This document shows positions 34,064-38,114 of a DNA stretch of 38,114 nt, in pieces. Position 1 is the first letter of the stretch. The number at the start of each line of letters is the position of its first letter. The notes beneath the pieces are model-generated. The model did not search any database. It was not told the DNA's origin and worked only from the letters and a program-made list of their open reading frames with translations. Made by a program: the position numbers and the translations under genes. This DNA comes from Macrostomum lignano. Lineage: Eukaryota. The stretch covers positions 1-38,114 of the forward strand of contig NIVC01004686.1 in assembly GCA_002269645.1 (NCBI GenBank), written 5' to 3'.

Positions 34064-34674
34064 GCCCTGCAGAGCTCCAATCAGCTGCAGCCGGAGTCTC
34101 AGCCTCCGCCGCCACCGACGCCGCTGCCTCCCCAACTCGACCTGTCAATCAGCGACGTCACAATTGAGTTTGAGCAGGACGAGAATCATCATCCCAGCCA
34201 GTTGCAGCAGCAGCAGCAGCAACAGATCGAAGACCAAGCCTCAAAAGCAGAAGACGCCAAGCCACCTGAAGCAGAGCCCGATGAAGATTTATCAGACTAT
34301 GAAGACGAAGAGGACGAGCCGGATTTCAGCCGGCCAGAATTCGCGGACGATGCTCTGGCCGACTGGGTGACGAGGACAATCTGCACTGGATGTTCTCTCG
34401 CCAGGCTGTCGAAGGCCTTCGCTGGTGGCACGTGTTCCGCCCAGTGGATGCCGGAAGCAAACTGGCCAACAGTCTGGTCCGAGCATTCGAAGATGTTGCG
34501 ACAAAAAGCGATTCAACAGATGACGTTAATGATGAGGATTCTATTAATAATAATGATGATGATGGCCATAGCCGGAGGAGGAGGCGGTGCTGGCTGAGTC
34601 GCCGCGGTAGCTCGGCTCTGTGGGACACTCCGCCTAGCGAAGTGGTTCGGCGTCAAATTCAAGATAATCGCTAG
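34064..34674 (+). CDS. INCENP: INCENP-like gene exon 2 with IN-box, interrupted by a 1-nt frameshift near 34360
   Basis: Acceptor cctccgcag|GCC. Frame A reads ALQSSNQ..DLSDYEDEEDEPDFSRPEFADDALA to 34360. The -1 frame continues RLGDEDNLHWMFSRQAVEGLRWWHVFRPVD..LVRAFEDV..RRGSSALWDTPP stop at 34674, paralleling the INCENP IN-box/TSS motif (RTSSAVWNSPP in vertebrates, recalled). Confidence 0.7.
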
Positions 34675-34737
34675 CAATTATGCGTAATTATCACCCATCA
34701 ATACTTATCAATTATTATAAAATTCTAAAAAGAAAAA

Positions 34738-34808
34738 TCCATGTCCTCACTAGCCTACTCAGTCGCGTGAGTAGAAATTAGGACATTTTACCATTCTTTT
34801 TTGCAAAG
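34738..34808 (+). repeat. ~70-bp direct repeat, downstream copy
   Basis: Aligns with 32692-32765. Contains the small hairpin ctactcagtcgcgtgagtag. Confidence 0.8.
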
Positions 34809-35059
34809 AAGAATAATTAGTGCCATATACCGTATTACTTGTTGTCAGTAGCTTGTTGCTTACTTCATGTGTGAACTGTTTAGCAATATTATTGTATCTG
34901 TTTAGTTCTGTATAAAATTTCTAATTAATTAGTCTGCCTTTTTACATCTGTTTTGAACTGCAAAAATGTACTCTTACTTTTGTGTTGCGTCCGTAAGTTT
35001 TTAGCTGCGTCTCTTGTGAGAGCTGTTTACAATCTCACTTTGGCGGCTTTTATCTCTCC

Positions 35060-36870
35060 CAGATCTCTTATCTTAGTCTGACATCTCTCATCTTAGTCTG
35101 AGATCTCTCATCTTAGTCTGAGATCTCTCTTCTTAGTCTGAGATCTCTCTTCTTAGTCTGAGATCTCTCATCTTAGTCTGACATGTATCATCTTAGTCTG
35201 AGATCTCTCATCTTAGTCTGACATCTCTCATCTTAGTCTGAGATCTCTCATCTTAGTCTGACATGTATCATCTTAGTCTGAGATCTCTCATCTTAGTCTG
35301 AGATCTCTCATCTTAGTCTGACATCTCTTATCTTAGTCTGACATCTCTTATCTTAGTCTGACAGACATCTCTCATCTTAGTCTGAGATCTCTCTTCTTAG
35401 TCTGAGATCTCTCATCTTAGTCTGAGATCTCTCATCTTAGTCTGAGATCTCTCATCTTAGTCTGAGATCTCTCATCTTAGTCTGAGATCTCTCATCTTAG
35501 TCGACATCTCTCATCTTAGTCTGAGATCTCTCATCTTAGTCTGAGATCTCTCATCTTAGTCTAACATCTCTCATCTTAGTCTGACATCTCTTATCTTAGT
35601 CTGACAGACATCTCTCATCTTAGTCTGAGATCTCTCTTCTTAGTCTGAGATCTCTCATCTTAGTCTGACATGTATCATCTTAGTCTGAGATCTCTCATCT
35701 TAGTCTGAAATCTCTTATCTTAGTCTGAGATCTCTCATCTTAGTCTGAAATCTCTTATCTTAGTCTGAGATCTCTCATCTTAGTCTGACATCTCTTATCT
35801 TAGTCTGACATCTCTCATCTTAGTCTGACATCTCTTATCTTAGTCTGACAGACATCTCTCATCTTAGTCTGAGATCTCTCTTCTTAGTCTAACATCTCTC
35901 ATCTTAGTCTGACATCTCTTATCTTAGTCTGACAGACATCTCTCATCTTAGTCTGAGATCTCTCTTCTTAGTCTGAGATCTCTCATCTTAGTCTGACATC
36001 TCTTATCTTAGTCTGACAGACATCTCTCATCTTAGTCTGAGATCTCTCATCTTAGTCTGACATGTATCATCTTAGTCTGAGATCTCTCATCTTAGTCTGA
36101 AATCTCTTATCTTAGTCTGAGATCTCTCATCTTAGTCTGACATCTCTTATCTTAGTCTGACAGACATCTCTCATCTTAGTCTGAGATCTCTCTTCTTAGT
36201 CTGAGATCTCTCATCTTAGTCTGACATCTCTCATCTTAGTCTGAGATCTCTCATCTTAGTCTGAGATCTCTCATCTTAGTCTAACATCTCTCATCTTAGT
36301 CTGACATCTCTTATCTTAGTCTGACAGACATCTCTCATCTTAGTCTGAGATCTCTCTTCTTAGTCTGAGATCTCTCATCTTAGTCTGACATATATCATCT
36401 TAGTCTGAGATCTCTCATCTTAGTCTGAAATCTCTTATCTTAGTCTGAGATCTCTCATCTTAGTCTGACATCTCTTATCTTAGTCTGACAGACATCTCTC
36501 ATCTTAGTCTGAGATCTCTCATCTTAGTCTGACATGTATCATCTTAGTCTGAGATCTCTCATCTTAGTCTGAAATCTCTTATCTTAGTCTGAGATCTCTC
36601 ATCTTAGTCTGACATCTCTTATCTTAGTCTGACAGACATCTCTCATCTTAGTCTGAGATCTCTCTTCTTAGTCTGAGATCTCTCATCTTAGTCTGACATA
36701 TCTTATCTTAGTCTGACAGACATCTCTCATCTTAGTCTGAGATCTCTCTTCTTAGTCTGAGATCTCTGATTGCAGTCTGATATCTCTTATCTTGATTTGA
36801 TATCTCTAATCTCTGTCTAAGGCCTCTCATCTCAGTTTCAGATCTCATCTCAGTCTCTCTTTCTCTTATC
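35060..36870. repeat. 20-bp minisatellite (tcttagtctgagatctctca) with variant units and a 720-bp higher-order duplication
   Basis: About 85 copies, with a recurring +4 variant (gacagac). 35521-35640 is identical to 36241-36360. The right edge is degenerate. Confidence 0.97.
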
Positions 36871-37555
36871 TCTTATCTCTCTGGCCTTTCCCATGTTTTA
36901 ATCTCTACATTTTAGCCAATTTATAGCTGTGCATTTGCCAAATGCCCGTTTGTTAAACTTACACTTCCTAAACTAAATTGAATTTTATTTTATTAACACC
37001 GCATTTGGATGTCTTATAGTAGTGGCAGCTGAATATGATTTTTAAAAAGTCAGTTTTTTATAAGCTAGTTCAACAATATTTTTTATATTCGGTCTTTGTA
37101 TTTTTCTAGGGCATTTATTATAATAAAATAAATAATGTTTCATATATATATATATATACACAAAAGTAAAATGTTCTCCATTTTCATGTCTATCAAACTT
37201 TTTGACACAAATTTTCAAGCATCAATCGCTGTAAATATATACGTCTATTGAAAAAAAGCAACATTAAATCCACTATATTACTTGCAATAATCCGTGTTCT
37301 TTACTCTATGTTTTTAGAAAATTAATATGAAAAACAAAAATACGAATAAAGTAGTTGAATGTTTCTTTAAGGAATTGCATCGCCCGTGTACATATCGAAC
37401 ACAATCTAAATGGTGATCAAGTGTTAGTTTTAATTTAAGCAATTTTTAAGTGGATTTTTATCATTTAGAATTGTTACTTTATCTAATTATATTACTGTTA
37501 TGAGTAGCATGTTGATCACTCGGCAGTTTAATATTGTTTGTTAGTCAGAAAAAAG

Positions 37556-37886
37556 TCAACGGAATCCTCGTTTGGTGCCGCGCTGCTCGTCCCACTTCAT
37601 AGCCAGCCGGTACACCGGGGCGCTCAGGAATAAATTTATATTGGCCATCACCCAGAACCAGAAGCTGAATGCCGGGTAGCCTCCTTGATAGTCCGACCAG
37701 ATGATGTACAGAATCCAGGTGATGAGGAACAGTACACCTGACACGATTAGCAGGATCACGACCGACCACATGACTCGAACGTTGAGTTTAACTCTTGGAG
37801 TGCACAGCTCTACTAGGACAATGATTATCACGACCAGGACTACCAGCAGGGACAGGACAGCAAATATCAGCACCGCCAATGGAATG
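37556..37886 (-). CDS. Last exon of a claudin/PMP22/EMP-like tetraspan membrane protein (three TM helices)
   Basis: Three hydrophobic helices, with YPAFSFWF (G-x-S-F/Y-W-like motif) before the last and a basic tail. TGA at 37558-37556. Candidate acceptor caatccgcag at 37887. Upstream exons are presumably beyond the window. Confidence 0.6.
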
Positions 37887-38027
37887 CTGCGGATTGATTG
37901 CAATTATTTATTTGCGGTTGCTCTTCATCATTATTATTAAGCTGCAAGCAATAAAAATTGAATATTTGGAGAGTCTACCAAACTAACCAGAATTCTTGGT
38001 AGAGTTTTACAAACTTTGGTTGTTAGT

Positions 38028-38114
38028 CTTCATTCTGAATATTCATGACGAAGACTACAAACTTCATCCTGAATATTCAGGACTAAGACTACAATCTTAA
38101 TCTGAATATTCATG
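38028..38114. repeat. Start of a ~34-bp tandem repeat with internal palindrome (ctgaatattca[g/t])
   Basis: About 2.5 copies before the window ends. Probably intronic to the tetraspan gene. Confidence 0.6.

Noticed and set aside
33374-34135. 253-aa ISSRADRFGRL ORF on the minus strand
   Set aside because: Antisense reading of the intronic 33-bp array.
34738-34790. Helitron 3' end (hairpin followed by CTAG on the minus strand)
   Set aside because: Homology with the upstream copy continues past CTAG, the other copy has CTAC, and no TC 5' end was identified.
150-38114. CRISPR array or prokaryotic defence system
   Set aside because: All repeats are head-to-tail without unique spacers, there are no cas-like ORFs, and the genes have spliceosomal introns.

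Overview
Eukaryotic (metazoan) genomic DNA with spliceosomal GT-AG introns. It is not prokaryotic and has no CRISPR array. PolyQ-rich exons and minisatellite-filled introns resemble a free-living flatworm such as Macrostomum (inference only). Five protein-coding genes can be assembled by hand. (1) A 4-exon Vav-family Rho GEF on the minus strand (9666 to 2523, about 1046 aa, CH-DH-PH-C1-SH2-SH3). (2) A 3-exon type I receptor on the minus strand (20836 to 15662, about 1382 aa) with a signal peptide, 7 C-type lectin domains, a kringle, a TM helix and an FxNPxY tail. (3) A 2-exon membrane-anchored thioredoxin-fold protein without CxxC (30163-32124, about 327 aa). (4) A short INCENP-like gene (32890-34674: charged helix plus IN-box ending RRGSSALWDTPP) with no N-terminal centromere-targeting region, a 1-nt frameshift inside the IN-box, and flanking ~70-bp direct repeats. 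(5) The last exon of a claudin/PMP22-like tetraspan protein (37556-37886, minus strand). About ten minisatellite arrays (20-34-bp units) lie mostly inside introns or just past stop codons. The 9-kb divergent intergenic region instead holds TIR elements (4-bp and 8-bp TSDs), a probable LINE remnant and a 154-bp hairpin. Two tRNA-derived SINE-like elements lie upstream of vav. Most long ORFs in the supplied track are repeat artefacts. All domain calls come from motif recognition by eye, with no database search.
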